Shown here: in pieces, positions 41,487 through 55,159 of the stretch
Position numbering within the stretch: position 1 is the stretch's first letter
How the letters are laid out: every line of letters starts with the position of its first letter
Assembly: GCF_006345805.1 (NCBI RefSeq)
Contig: NC_042997.1
Span: 65,906,001 to 65,970,000 of the forward strand
Length of the DNA stretch: 64,000 bases
Direction: 5' to 3'
DNA from: Octopus sinensis
Lineage: Eukaryota
Made by a program: the position numbers and the translations under genes
Notes under the pieces: model-generated
Database searches by the model: none
Told to the model about the DNA's origin: nothing
What the model saw: only the letters and a program-made list of their open reading frames with translations

Positions 41487-42786
41487 TATATAGATATACA
41501 CACACATACACACACTTAAAATACCCATAACTACACAAACACATGCATATCAATATAAGCAAACCTACATATACAAATGTCAGTATGTAGTTATGCCATA
41601 TGCAAATATAACCCTACATTTGCAGGTAAGGAAGAGTTTCAGTGCAAGAGATTATGTATAAAGTTATATATAACAGATCAATTTAACTTTACTTTGATAA
41701 GTAAGTTCTCATATATGGTGCAACGACTTAAGTGTCAAGACAAACATGAATTCATTCATTCAAATATGGAACTAATCTTATTAAAATTTAAATTTAGATG
41801 CTAGTATCTAAAAACAACTGCATACCAATCTAAAACTCTTATGCGTATATTCATGTTCACTGAGCGTATGTATATTGGACAGTTAAGTGAGAAAAACGAA
41901 GAAAAACAAGATATAAAATTGTCAGCCTTAAAATTACAGCAGAATGAAATTCTAAATAAGGTAACTAATCTGAACATTTGGATCAGAAGGAATAAAGAAA
42001 TAGAAATGGTTAAAAGTTAAAATATGTACAATTGTAAGTATATTTACATAACAAGATATGTTGTAGTAGTGATGGTTGGGACGGTCTGACAGAAATAGGC
42101 AGCTTTGTGAAAAATATAAATACGGATACATAATACATTGTTAAAGAAAACAGCTGCAATCCTCAAGTGATGTAAGAAATACAAGTTAACATGCATAAGA
42201 ATATATATAAATACGTATAAAAAAATTTGTGTCTTAAATAGAGTTAATAAAATAAAGGATAATATACTTATATGCTCGTGTCTGGAAGTATGGAAAGGTA
42301 GGGTACAACTCCTCCTCACCATCATCATCACTATTATCATCATTATTGAGTGAGAGAGCAGTGCATGCCATCAAAGTGACACTAGGGTAAAATATACGAA
42401 GCCCAGTATACCCATCATGACTACCCATCTAATAAGGGTACACTAGGCACATACATCACAACCATATGTGCATGACATAGTGATCTCATATCAAGATAAA
42501 CAACGCATGACCTTGCAGGTGGGGCCCAGTTAGAATTTTCTTCTGGTCGAGTAGCCCATCCCACTCAAAAGGTCCCTGAAGAAGGGTTGTTTAAGAATGT
42601 TGAACGAAACACAAATGTTTCCAGAGGTGAATTATTCAAACCCCAAAGTATCCCTTTCAACACATGGCTATGATGCTCCCCCACTACTACTGCACGTGAT
42701 CAGAGATGCACATATCGTCAGCCACTATGGGACATGCTCGGCTGGTTAAGGTCAAACAACTGACAAGCACATCTGTGGTATTGAGC

Positions 42787-42836
<50 letters not shown>

Positions 42837-43038
42837 CTTTTTCTGTGCTGGTATGTGATGGTTTGTTTGCAGTCCAGATCAGAGCTAATTTGAGACTGCT
42901 GTCCTTTTAGATGGATTTGAAGACCACCACTCACCTATGTTTCATTTTGGGCTCTTAACCACCTTTTTTTTTCTATACAAATAGGAGAGATTAGTACCTT
43001 TTATATGGTATTTTTTAATTATACAAGTTTCCACTTAC

Positions 43039-43213
43039 ATTTAACATACTGGAGTGCCTGGTCTCCCTGAATATTGTTTGTGTGCGCCAAACTGAGGTAC
43101 TTGAGATTCTGATGATCACTCAAAAACCTGATAGAGTCTGTATCAACCTTTGTGTGAGAGATGTTCAAAGTTATCAATTGTGTCAGCTCCTCCACGCCTG
43201 CAAGACTGCTCAC
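43039..43213 (-). CDS. LRR gene exon (175 nt, phase 0-1): VSSLAGVEELTQLITLNISHTKVD...GDQALQYVK
   Basis: Acceptor ctgttacag, donor gtaagt; LRR consensus. Confidence 0.92.
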
Positions 43214-43380
43214 CTGTAACAGAATAGATTAAGTTTATTGTCTGTCATACACACACACATATAATAAACAAGTTTCAAATCAATCAGAAAGCATTTCTAT
43301 TTTGGTAAATGTCATTGAAACCTTTAAATACTTTTGTATTCAACAGTTTAACTGAACTGATATAAATACACAAAATTTAA

Positions 43381-43594
43381 CCCTTTCATTACTGCATTTA
43401 TTTTGAGATGCTCAGTGTTTCTTTCAATTACTTTAAATATAACAAAGAATTTAGTAAAATAACTTAGTTATCATTCAACTAGTGTTAGGAACATAAATTG
43501 TGACTAACGTTTGGTGGAAGATTTTAATTCAAAACTTATGAAAACAAGACATTTGTAGCCAGAGCCAGTTTCAGCCGGGTTAGTAACGAAAGGG
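43381..43594. mobile_element. piggyBac-type MITE
   Basis: TTAA TSD; TIR ccctttcattact / agtaacgaaaggg. Confidence 0.8.
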
Positions 43595-43716
43595 TTAAAG
43601 AATAAAAATTATGAATAATGATTGTACTTAATTGTTACTTCTTTTATTGACCACAGATAAATAGAAGTTAAAATTCACACACACACACACACCACTGCAA
43701 TCTGAATTCACTGCAT

Positions 43717-43975
43717 CAGTGGTTCTCAAGTGAGGTCGCTACGACCCTTGGGGGATTCATATAAGATTTTGTAGTTAAAATTTATGTGCAATAAATTGAT
43801 TACACTTCTGCAATAAATAAAATGTTTTAACAATATTTTCATACAATTCCTAATATTATATAATTATAAAAATATAATAGGGTTTTTTTTCCAAAGACTG
43901 AATGGTTGTGAGGGTCCAGTAGAGTAAAATAGGAAACAGAAGGGGTCCATTGGTGAAAATGGTTGGGGAACACTG
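43717..43975. mobile_element. hAT (Charlie-like) MITE
   Basis: Ends cagtggttctcaa ... ttggggaacactg. Confidence 0.55.
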
Positions 43976-44264
43976 CACTACATAGAGGGATGTGCTAAAT
44001 ACAATAAGACATTTAATTCTGCCATCTAGCACCATTAAATACAGAATGTCCATAAATTCTCTTTACAACTTCCACAATGTATTATATCTATTTATTGCGT
44101 GCAACCAGTGGAGCCCATGTGTAAGTGTTCTGATGTTTCTAATAAAACTTTATAAGAATAGACTGGGCAAAGTTCAGAGAGCTTCTACATTTGTTGGTAA
44201 TAAAGGGCTTCTCACTCAGAGTGAAAGGCAGATTGTATGATGCCTGTGTGCAAACAGCCATCTA

Positions 44265-44730
44265 CACACCTGTGAAACATGGGCTGTGACAGCAGAGGAC
44301 ATGTGAAGGCCTGAAAGAAATGTCAGTGTCCAAGTGTAAGCATCTTACGAGAAAAATTGGGTATAAAAGGTAGTGTGCAAGAGAGAAGACTGCAATGATA
44401 TGGTTATATGATGCATAAGGATGAAGACAGCTGCATAAAGAAGTGCTGATCTCTAACTGTGGAGGGAACCTTTTCAAGAGGTAGACCTAGAAAGACATGG
44501 TACAAGATGGTGAAGCATGATCTTTGGACGTTGGGTCTCACAGAGGCAATGACAAGTAATTGAGACCTTTGAAGATTTGCTGTACTTGAAAAGACACATC
44601 AAGCCAAGTGAAATCATAGTTGTAGCCAATACCAGTGCCACATAAAAGGTACCCGCTATACTCTAAAAGTGGTTGGTGTTACGAAGGGCATCAAGCAGTA
44701 GGAATCAAGCAAAACTAGCTTGGTATAGCT
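44265..44730 (+). mobile_element. RTE-clade LINE 3' fragment
   Basis: WLYDA*G*RQLHKEVL / RGRPRKTWYKMVKHDLWTLGLTEAMT matches the RTE RT C-terminus. Confidence 0.7.
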
Positions 44731-45054
44731 CTATGGCTTACCAGTTCTAGTCAAACCATCTAACCCATGTGAGAATAGAAAACAGATGAGGAGGAGGAGA
44801 TTGCCTATATTTTCCAATAAATTCTGGTTTGTAATCCTTATTATCTCCTGTTTTACTGAATTTTTCAAATTGTAAATGCAATTTATGGATGCACTGTAAT
44901 GAATTATAATGGTGGGTCTCTGCCATTCAGTGAAGATTCACTGGTCTGATCAAATGAATTATCTGCCCCTGAATTAATGCAGAATTAATGGCTGTGTATT
45001 CCACAAACATATCTATTTTTAACTTAATTTTCAAGCAAAACCAGCAGAGAGAAC

Positions 45055-45400
45055 AGGCAGTCTCTGCAGGTTGCACTACTACTTCTCTGCATTGAGTGGT
45101 CAAGGCTCCAGTACTACAAATATGTGATTAGAATGTCATAGGAAAGAATTGCAAGATGGATTCTCCAAGCTGATCCAACTGGCAGGAGACCTAGGGAGAG
45201 ACCAAGAAGGAGATGGTTGGACAATATCCATAGTCTTAGTTGGTCACACTTCAGAATTCAGCCAGAAAATCTAATGATGGTTGCTTCTGATAAGACCTTA
45301 TGAAGGAGATATCTGAGGACTCCACTCCACCACAAACTTCCCTTGAATAGTGAGTGAAGAAATGAATGAAGGAATGGATGAAACCAGTCCATGGCACAGA
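45055..45400 (+). mobile_element. RTE-X-like LINE 3' fragment
   Basis: ARWILQADPTGRRPRERPRRRWLDNIHSLSW..IQPENLMMVASDK; (GAAT)n-like tail. Confidence 0.65.
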
Positions 45401-45668
45401 AAAGGTTGAGGTACACAGCTTTAAGGCAATCAAGTAGCAGAATTGGCTGAGAATTTTATTAATACCGGACAGTTTTTTTAAGTTTCATTCCTCAAGGGAC
45501 TATGTTCAATTCCTATTAGTGTCAATAAAGTCAAGTTTCAGTCAACAAAAGAATTCAACCAAATATATTCCACCTTTACAATATTTTGTCGTATGACAAT
45601 GTTGTTCCAAGCAGGTTGACACATGTTGGTGTTCTTTTCTATGTTAGTCAAATAGATATATATATATA

Positions 45669-45822
45669 ATGAGAGAACAGAAAGGTAATTAATAAATTAT
45701 TATTTAGTAATTAAAAAATTTAACAAACATCCCCTACAGCAGTTTGAAATAGCTGTAAGGGATGTTTGTCAAATTTTTAATTAATAAATAATAATTTATT
45801 AATTACCTTTCTATTCTCTCAT
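45669..45822. repeat. Fold-back (about 72-bp arms, 11-nt loop) whose turn holds the 3' half of a hammerhead (GAAA-U-AGCU-G-UA)
   Basis: Arms 45669-45740 and 45752-45822; loop agtttgaaata; lies next to (TA)n. Confidence 0.85.
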
Positions 45823-46074
45823 CTTATTATTGTAATAAATAAAATATATATAAACCACGGTTTAGACAGTTACCTTGTAGTGAAGTATTAAATATAATGT
45901 TCAATACTCTTTGTATAGGTAATTAACCAATACTTTCATGGGATTTTGCTATCCCTAAATGAGGTTTGTAACCTTTAATTGTGCTTATATATAATATACA
46001 TATATATATGAGCGAGAGAAAGAGAGAGAGTGAGTGATGCATACTGACATGGGTATGTGTGTGTATATACATAC

Positions 46075-46132
<58 letters not shown>

Positions 46133-46999
46133 TACACGTTTATACATTCTGGAAAATTATAGTAAATTTTACATGATGGACTTTACATGGTGTGTTGTAC
46201 TTTAGCTTCCAGGTAACTTTATAATAATGAGTGGAACATACAATTTCCTGTAAGTCAGACTGCCTCATGGTCCCGCAGACAAAATGGAAAAGGCACTGTC
46301 CTAGAGGATGGCAAGGGAGATGCACTGGAACAGCCACTCTTATGGTGTTCACACTTGTGGAGAAATATGGTCTAGGAGCCGAAAAACCCAGAAGTCTTCA
46401 CCATCACAGGCTCAAGCATAAACCACTCAGAGAGCAACCAATGCTTTGACATTTGCTTTTGTCAGCCTGACAAGCAGTGAAGCCAGGGCTGTTAGCTGAA
46501 CATACCAATTTGTGGCTGGATAAAGTATGTGTAAAAGTACCCTCATTAAATCTTATCTCTCCTTTGATATGGGTAGTTATACTGTTCTTCAGTTTTAGAA
46601 CTTTACATAGAAAGTTAAGGATTGTGAAAACAGCAGGAAGAAATATTTTTGGAACATGTTTTCACAGTTATTCTGCTCACTATATTAAAATCTCACTAGT
46701 ACATGATTTCATAATACTTTTGTCAAGGTGCATAATTCTCAATTCCAGTTACTTAAAATATTTCTACCTTTCCACCTGCATCATGTTCCTTCATGGTAAA
46801 TAAATGAATAAATAAGTAAATAAATAATATATATAATATATATAACATAAAATTAATGTCTTTTTTCATACATTACAAGAAATACTGATCAATATCTCTT
46901 CATATTCTATACTGAAATGTTCAATATACATGAAAAATAAATCACCACTATACACATGCACCCCGCCCCCCACACAGACTCAGAGGCAGAAAAAGAGAG

Positions 47000-47205
47000 A
47001 AAGAGAAATGCGTGTGTATGTATGTGTGCATGTATATCTCCATCTCCCTCTTTCTCTCTCTATATATACACACACACACAAATATACACACATATTTACA
47101 GATATATATACATATATATACATACAAACATATACATGTATATATATTATATATATACACACACATACATACACATGTATATAATATACATACATGTATA
47201 CATAT

Positions 47206-47256
<51 letters not shown>

Positions 47257-47320
47257 TATATATACACATATATGTATATATATTATATATATACATACAT
47301 ATATGTATATATATATACAT

Positions 47321-47369
<49 letters not shown>

Positions 47370-47693
47370 ATATATACATACATATATGTATATATATACA
47401 TTATATGTGTATATATATATATATATATATTTATTATATAGAAGGAGCTTCTACAGGACTAGAACTGTTTCATTCAAGAGAAATCTTCAGGAAGCTAGTT
47501 AACAAGAATTGTATTGCCATTTATACATTTAGGCAGGTTTAAAGGGGTGTTGGTGGGGGACTTTTTGGGGGTGTATGTATGTATATGTGTATGTATATGT
47601 GTATGTATATATATGTGTGTAAGTGTGTGTATATATGTATATGTAAGTGTGTGTGCGTGTATGAGTATGTATGTATGTTTGCACACATGTATA

Positions 47694-47788
<95 letters not shown>

Positions 47789-48004
47789 GTGTGTATGTGT
47801 ATGTATGTATGTATATATATGCGTGTGTATGTGTATGTGTATATGTACATATACGTGTACGCTCGTATGTTTATGTATGTAGGTACGTAGAGTTATCTAT
47901 GTGTGTATTGTATGTACATGTGTGTAAGTATGTATATATATATATATGTGTGTATATGTGTGTGTATATATATGTGTATATGTGTATATGTATATATATG
48001 TGTG

Positions 48005-48052
<48 letters not shown>

Positions 48053-48426
48053 GTGTAAGTTTATATGTATGTATCCGTCTATATAATAGGTAACTGCACG
48101 TACATATACTTAATATTTATTATTTATTTTTTGAGTATGCATGTATGAATAACTGCGCGTATATATATTTTACTATTTACTTATTTTTTGAGTATGCATG
48201 TAAGTATGAATATAAGGAGGCACGTGTGTGTGTGTGTATGTGTAAGCATAGATATATGTATACTTTTACGCATGTGTGTACTTATGTGTATATATGGATG
48301 CGCGTGTGTGTGTGTGTGTGTGTATGGGTACGCATGTACATGTGTATGTGCGTGTATGTGTATATGAGTATGTATGTATGTGTGTGCGTATATTTGTATA
48401 TGTATGTATGTATATGTATGTGTGTG

Positions 48427-48471
<45 letters not shown>

Positions 48472-48718
48472 ATGTGTATGTATGTATATGTATATGCGTA
48501 TGTGTATGTATTTGTATGTGTATGCATGCGCGTATATATATGTACGTATATGTATACGTGTGGGTGTGTGTATGTGTATAAATGTATGTATGTATGGATG
48601 TATGGATGGATGTATGTATGTATGTATACGTATGTATGTGTATGTGTGTATATGTATGTATGTGTATGTGTGTGTATATGTATATATATATATGTATGTG
48701 TATGTATGTATATGTATG

Positions 48719-48761
<43 letters not shown>

Positions 48762-49075
48762 GTATGTATATGTATGTGAATATGTATATATGTATATATA
48801 TATATATATACATGTATGTATTTGTATGTAGGTGTATATGTATGTGTGTATTTATATTTATTGGTGTATATGTATAGACTAGCCTTCTAAGAGTGTAGAC
48901 ATGAATCTGTAGGTACGCGTACGTATGTGTATATACGTGAATGAATGTAGATGTAGATATGTATATGTATGTGTAAGTGTATATATATGTATATATGTGT
49001 GTGTGTACGTATGTGTGTATGTATATGTATATATGTTTGTATGTGTGTGTATATATGTATACATATGTGCATAGG
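47000..49075. repeat. Complex (TA)/(TG)/(TATG) microsatellite field
   Basis: Direct reading; interrupted by the 47430-47572 arm and short unique bits. Confidence 0.95.
47446..47496 (-). ncRNA. Type I hammerhead ribozyme (copy on the host pre-mRNA strand)
   Basis: Exact reverse complement of 49316-49366. Confidence 0.78.
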
Positions 49076-49450
49076 TATAAGTGAGAATCTCCTTATTTAC
49101 CTAAAACTCTATTCCCTTTTTTTATATATATTTTTATATATTTTTTAATATATTTTTTTATTTTTTTATTTATTCTTCTATCTAATTTAACACTGACTCC
49201 TTGACCACTCCCCCAAGTATGATATTTTGCGCTATGCCTACCCCCAAAAAGTCCCCCACCAACACCCCTTTAAACCTGCCTAAATGTATAAATGGCAATA
49301 CAATTCTTGTTAACTAGCTTCCTGAAGATTTCTCTTGAATGAAACAGTTCTAGTCCTGTAGAAGCTCCTTCTATATAATAAATTAATTTTACTCTACTAT
49401 GTATTGAGTACCTTATTACTGTGGTTAACCCCGAATCAACCCGGGACCTA
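49075..49450 (+). mobile_element. Probable solo Penelope-like pseudo-LTR
   Basis: Non-microsatellite island bounded by simple repeats; contains a hammerhead and an AT-rich tail; has an inverted partial copy; no ORF evidence. Confidence 0.55.
49316..49366 (+). ncRNA. Type I hammerhead ribozyme
   Basis: AGCUUC | CUGAAGA | U-UUC-UCUU-GAA-U | GAAA | CAG-UUCUAGUC-CUG | UA | GAAGCU; GUA triplet, predicted cleavage after 49360; U.U at 10.1-11.1 is non-canonical. Confidence 0.78.
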
Positions 49451-49451
49451 C

Positions 49452-49508
<57 letters not shown>

Positions 49509-49878
49509 TATATATATACACACACACACACATATTTACAGATAGATAAATATATTTATATATTATACATACATATACTTATATATATTATATATATATA
49601 TATTATATATATATAAATATATATCCATGTTTATATGTATAAATATATACATACATACATATATTCTTTTATTTGTTTCAGTCATTTGACTGCAGCCATG
49701 CTGGAGCACTGCCTTTAGTCAAGCAAATTGACCCCAAGATTTATTCTTTGTAAGACTAGTACTTATTCTATTGGTCTCTTTTGGTGAACCATTAAGTTAC
49801 AGGGATGTAAACACACCAGCATCGGTTGTCAACTGATGTTGGGGGAGACAAACACAGATACACATACATATACATATG

Positions 49879-49924
<46 letters not shown>

Positions 49925-50190
49925 TCCGAAACTTAGAAAAAAACAAATCTAAAAATCAAAAATTCTTTATTTGATATACTTTAATGCCAAGTTAAAACAT
50001 GTAATGAGAGAATATTACATGTTCTAAATTCTACATTATATAAAAATAGATTTAGAAAGTTTCAAGGCTGATTTAAAGAGAAATTTTTATAAAAAGAAAA
50101 TGATAAAGGCTTAATATGTGTGTGTGTGTACACACACACTAACATGTATATATACAAATATACTTGCTTATAAACCTAAACAGCCACATG

Positions 50191-50237
<47 letters not shown>

Positions 50238-50649
50238 ATCCATATATTGACATTAGAAGATTTCCTAAGGGTATGTTCTACATGAAGAACACAATTATCT
50301 AAGACGATATGCCCCCAAAAATTTTGATCAATTGAGTATATGACTATACTGAGATGGAAATTCGGTAGTGTTAATGAAAATTAATTACAAAAGAAGCAAG
50401 GAAGACAGATCTCTAAATTCCAGTCAATCAAAAACAGACACACAGACACAAGGTGGAGAGTGTGTTTGACCTTTACTTGCTATAATAACTCCAGAGAACG
50501 ATTTCATCTTGTCAGGGCTGCACAACAAAATACATCCTACTTACAACTGCCAAGACCCAAGAACAACTAATAAATATACTATTTTATGTGGAAATAATTC
50601 ACTGGTTTGACAAATTAAAACAACATAATTAGAAAATATTCCAGTTTAA

Positions 50650-50869
50650 CCCTTTTGCATTTAAACCAGCCCTGTCTGGCTCAGATCTTCTACCTGTTTT
50701 ATGTTCAAGCCAACTAGATCTGACCTATCATATCTACCCCACCGTATCATTCTAAAGATATATGATCACATCATCAAAATGTCAAAGCAACAAGATTATG
50801 TATGATTAATTTAAAACAATGTGAATAAACAAACATTACATTTGAAAGAACACTTTGAATGCTAAAGGG
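50650..50869. mobile_element. piggyBac-type MITE (partial copy also at about 600-765)
   Basis: ttaa-cccttttgcatt ... aatgctaaaggg-ttag. Confidence 0.7.
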
Positions 50870-52841
50870 TTAGGTCAGTGTGACTTTGTATATTAGTGCT
50901 TCTCTGTGGACTGATAACAAATTCTTCTCTGATGAAGACTGAATCAGTTTCTGAAGACCAGAAACTATCAAAATTATCCAAAAGCACCCTGTAGGACATT
51001 AATAATGAGTTATAATCTGTCTTGGTGAAAATGCAATTCAGCTTTGTCTCAGAGTGTATTAAACTTTCTCTGGTTGTGTACACAATATAAATAGCCACAA
51101 ACTACAAATTTCATTTTGGATAGCAAATGGCTAATCTTTCTCAGATGAAAGACTAACAAAACCAGAAACTATACAAATTATTCAAAACACACTATGTAGT
51201 ACACTATTAATTAGTGTAAGTTGATAGTGAATGCATTGTTATGCAAATTAGATGATTCTTTTAAGCTTTGTTTGAGTTTGTAAACAATGTAAACAGCTGC
51301 AATCAATCAAGTTTTTTGTGGACAGAAGATGGGAACATTTCCTCCAGTGACAGTTTAACAAGACTAGAAAATAGTTACATCAATTTCTTATTAAAACCCA
51401 TAAAAAGTTGAAATTTGTAGTGTACCCACTTTGCTTATATTTCACAGTGAAATAAAATTGTATAAAATCTATGTAAAAAGTTGATGTTAAATCTTACCAC
51501 ACAGGGTAATTTTTTACTGAGGTGCAAGGACAATGCTTAATCTAACCATAAAGGTTAATGGACACTGAGAAGCCATTGTTAAACTCATTAACAATTTCTA
51601 AGCACAGACATGTGGTAAGAAGTTTACTTCCCAACCACTGATCTTTGGGTTATACATCATATCAAGTAATGGTTCTTCAGAGGTCCTTTGGAGCAACACT
51701 TCTATTCACAATCATATTCTTTTGGTCATTACTCAAAATTCATGATCATAGGTGAAGATAGGCACATAAACCATGATGTTTAATTTGGGAAAAAGACAGA
51801 AAGCTTCATTAAATCAAAGTGTGTGTTGAGGTAGTGAATTACATGTGCAATTAAAATTCCAAATAAATGTTTTAATTTACTAGGGGTAGAAATCTGATGA
51901 GTCCAAAGGTCAGATAAACAAATTTAAAGATAAGGGATGACAAGAAGGTGAAGAGACAAAACAAAATAAAGAAGACAAAAAAGCAAGTTTTTCTTTAATG
52001 CTTGAATAAGCCATCAGGCAAAACTTAGAGTGATAAGCAAATATATATGTAAGTGTATATCTAGACAATCCCCTATGTGTGAATGAAACTCTAACGTGCA
52101 TCATCATCATTGTCATCATGATCATTTAACACCCATTTTCCATGCTGGAATGGGTTGGATGGTTTGACTGAAGCTGGTAAGCTGGAGAGCTGCACAAGGT
52201 TCCAATCTGCTTTGACTTTGTTTCAACAGCTGGATGCCCTTCCTAATGCCAACCACACCACAGTGTACCAAGTGCCATTTACATGCCACTGGTATGGGTG
52301 CCTTTTATGTGTCACCAGTAAGGATGCCTTCATGTGTCACCAGCAAGGATGTCTGTAACATGTCACCAGCACAAATGCCTTTTATGAGTCACTGGCATGG
52401 GTGCCTTTTACACATCACTGATACAGACCACAACTATGATTTCACTTATTTGACATGTTTTCTCAAGCATAAGAAATCACCAAAAGTTTTAGTCACTTCT
52501 CATTGCCTCTATGAGACTCAACAACTGAAGATCATATTTCCCCACCTCATCTCATGACTTCCTGGGTCTACCTCTTCCGCAAGTTCCCTCCATAATTCGA
52601 GATTTTTTTTATACATGTGTATAAAAACTACAAGTGTGTGTGTGTGAGGAAGTTACAAAAGGAATGTGTAGAAGGTACAGGAAGTGCATGTAGAGACTGT
52701 AGAATGTAGAAACTAAGAGCAGGTATGTGTGTAGAATCTACAGTGTTGTGGGTGGATAAACTGTAGATGATGTATGTAAAACATACTGCAAGCATTTGTT
52801 GAAGCTGTAATAGATGTGTATAAAGACTATAGAAGGTGCAC

Positions 52842-52874
<33 letters not shown>

Positions 52875-53657
52875 TGTGTAGAATCTATACCAAGTGTGTG
52901 TGAAAACTATTGCAAATGTTAGAGGTTATAGCAGATTATAGGAGTGATAGCAAATGAGTGTAGAAGCAAAACAGGGGTGTATGTAGAATGTATAGTAAAT
53001 ATGTGTAGAAGATATAACAGGTATGAGTTGAAGCAAAAGCTGGTCTGTGTGTGTGAGCATGTATGTGCAAGTAGGAGCTGCCTGTGGGTATACAGAAACT
53101 GAGAAGTTTATAGAAGTTGAACACTGCACCTATGACATGAGATAACAAGGAAAAAAACAAATAACTTCTATAGATGCAGGCATAGGTGTGTGGTAAGACC
53201 TTTGCTTCCCAGCCACATGGTTCTGGGTCCAGTCCCACTGTATGGCACCTTGGACAAGAGTCTTCTACTATAGCCTTGAGCCAACCAAAGCCTTGTGAGT
53301 GGATTTGGTAGACAGAGACTAAAAGAAGCTGGTCGTGTGTGTGTGTGCACACCTTTGTATTTGTTTGTCTCCCACCACCGCTTGGTAACTAGTACTGGTA
53401 TGTTTACATCTCCCCGTAACTTAGCAGTTCAGCAAAGAGTCTGATAGAATAAGTACCAGGCTTAAACAAAAAATAAGTACTGGGCTCAATTGGTTCAACT
53501 AAAGATTCAAGGCAGTGCTGCAGCATGGCCACAGTCTAATTTCTGAAACAAGTAAAACAGATAAAAGCGGTGCAGGAGAGTAGCAAACAATAAATATAAG
53601 GGCAGAAGATGCAATTCTAGGATTTCAATCAGCAAAAAGAAAGGAAGCAAACCTTAC

Positions 53658-53698
53658 CATTGTCTGTTCCAGTAATAACACTTTAAGCTTTGGTAATT
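53658..53698 (-). CDS. LRR gene exon (41 nt, phase 1-0): ELPKLKVLLLEQTM
   Basis: Acceptor ctcttttttcag, donor gtaagg; absent from the ORF track but required for phase continuity. Confidence 0.88.
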
Positions 53699-54088
53699 CT
53701 GAAAAAAGAGCAAAGAAAGAAAGAGAGAAACTTTGAACATAATAGGATATTTGTCTGGCTAGATTTATAAACGGTGAGTGTTACAGAGGTGAACATAGGC
53801 ACAAGCACGGATGTGTAGTAAGAAGATTGCTTCTCAACTATATGGTTCTTGTTTCAGTACCACTGTGTGGTACCTTCAATGAATCTCTTCTACTATAGCC
53901 TCAGGCTAACCAAAGCCTTGTAAATTTACTTGGTTGATGGAAACTGAAAAAAACCCATTGTGTATGTGTGTGTATAGATATATAGATATAGATATGCCAA
54001 AAGTTTGAAACAATTTTTCTCATTATTCAGGTTTTGTGCCTATAATAGAAATTATTATTATTATTATTATTATTATCATTATTATTAA

Positions 54089-54946
54089 CCCCATAATGGA
54101 TTATCCCAAGTTTACTCATGCATAGCAAATGTATCTTTTTAGAACCAGACGAGTATAATCGGTCAAAATTAACTTTTAATTTTAGCACTGAAACAAGTTT
54201 ATTTATTTTGTGTCATTTCATTTTTGAGCAATCACGAATTTACTCATGATGTTTAAAAAAATAAGTATTTTTTCATTTGATGGATTTGGCTATCTGGAAT
54301 GCTTATGTTTTGTATAAAGCATCTTTGGAAACTTCAGCTTCTGCTATGAAACCGCTGAAATTTAGAATGCAAATAATCACAAGATTATTGAAAAATATAG
54401 GTCCTTAGTACCTCCCACAAAACCAGGAAGACCATCATTGATCCCTCATCCAACAAGATTTGCCCCAGCTGGTCACTTTCCCATGGAAATACCAGCAAGT
54501 GATAAGAAAAAGAACCCTACAAGACAGTGTGAAAATGCGCAGAGAAGAGAGATGCTAAAGGAAAGAAGATTCAAAGAGAAAGCAGATACATGTGTGATGT
54601 CTGCAAGATAACTTTGTGTGTAACTCCTTGTTTTAAAAATTATCATTCTAAATAAACTGTCTATCTCATTTTTAAAAAAAAATTCCTTTGATTTAAAAGC
54701 AATACATCTTATAAAAAATCAAAGATTGTTAAAGTATACATATTTTTTCAATGTCCGAGTTAACTCGTTTAACTCGTATAAATCCAAATGAGTAAAAGTA
54801 CATTTTAATTTCTATAATAAAAAAATAAAGGAAAGAAGATTAAAAAACTTTTTTTGTAATCAACACAGTGTATATAATTAAAAAGGAAATAAAAACATAT
54901 GCTCTGAAATGAAACGCCATGTCAAAATAATTGATCCATTAAGGGG
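54089..54946 (+). mobile_element. Internally deleted piggyBac element
   Basis: TTAA on both sides; TIRs ccccataatggat / atccattaagggg; C-terminal Cys-rich domain HFPMEIP..RQC...SRYMCDVCKITLCVTPCFKNYH. Confidence 0.88.
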
Positions 54947-55159
54947 TTAAGGCAGAAAGCTGGCAGAATTGTTACCACACTAGGCAAAATGTTACACAGC
55001 ATTTTGTCTGTCTTCGTGTTCTGAGTTCAAATTCTGCCAAGGTCAACTTTACATTTCATCCTTTCATTACAGATAAAATAAGTACCAGTTGAGTACTGGT
55101 GTCAACATAATTATACCCCTTCCCAAATTTCAGGTCTTATGCCTATAGCAGAAAGGATT

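Larger units (their letters stand above)
47430..49382. repeat. 143-bp identical inverted repeat (47430-47572 / 49240-49382) around about 1.5 kb of (TA)/(TG) microsatellite plus a short unique stretch
   Basis: Read base by base; no mismatch found. Confidence 0.92.

Noticed and set aside
51894-51920. CUGAUGAGUCC hammerhead-like start
   Set aside because: No GAAA after the weak stem II and no stem I/III; likely chance
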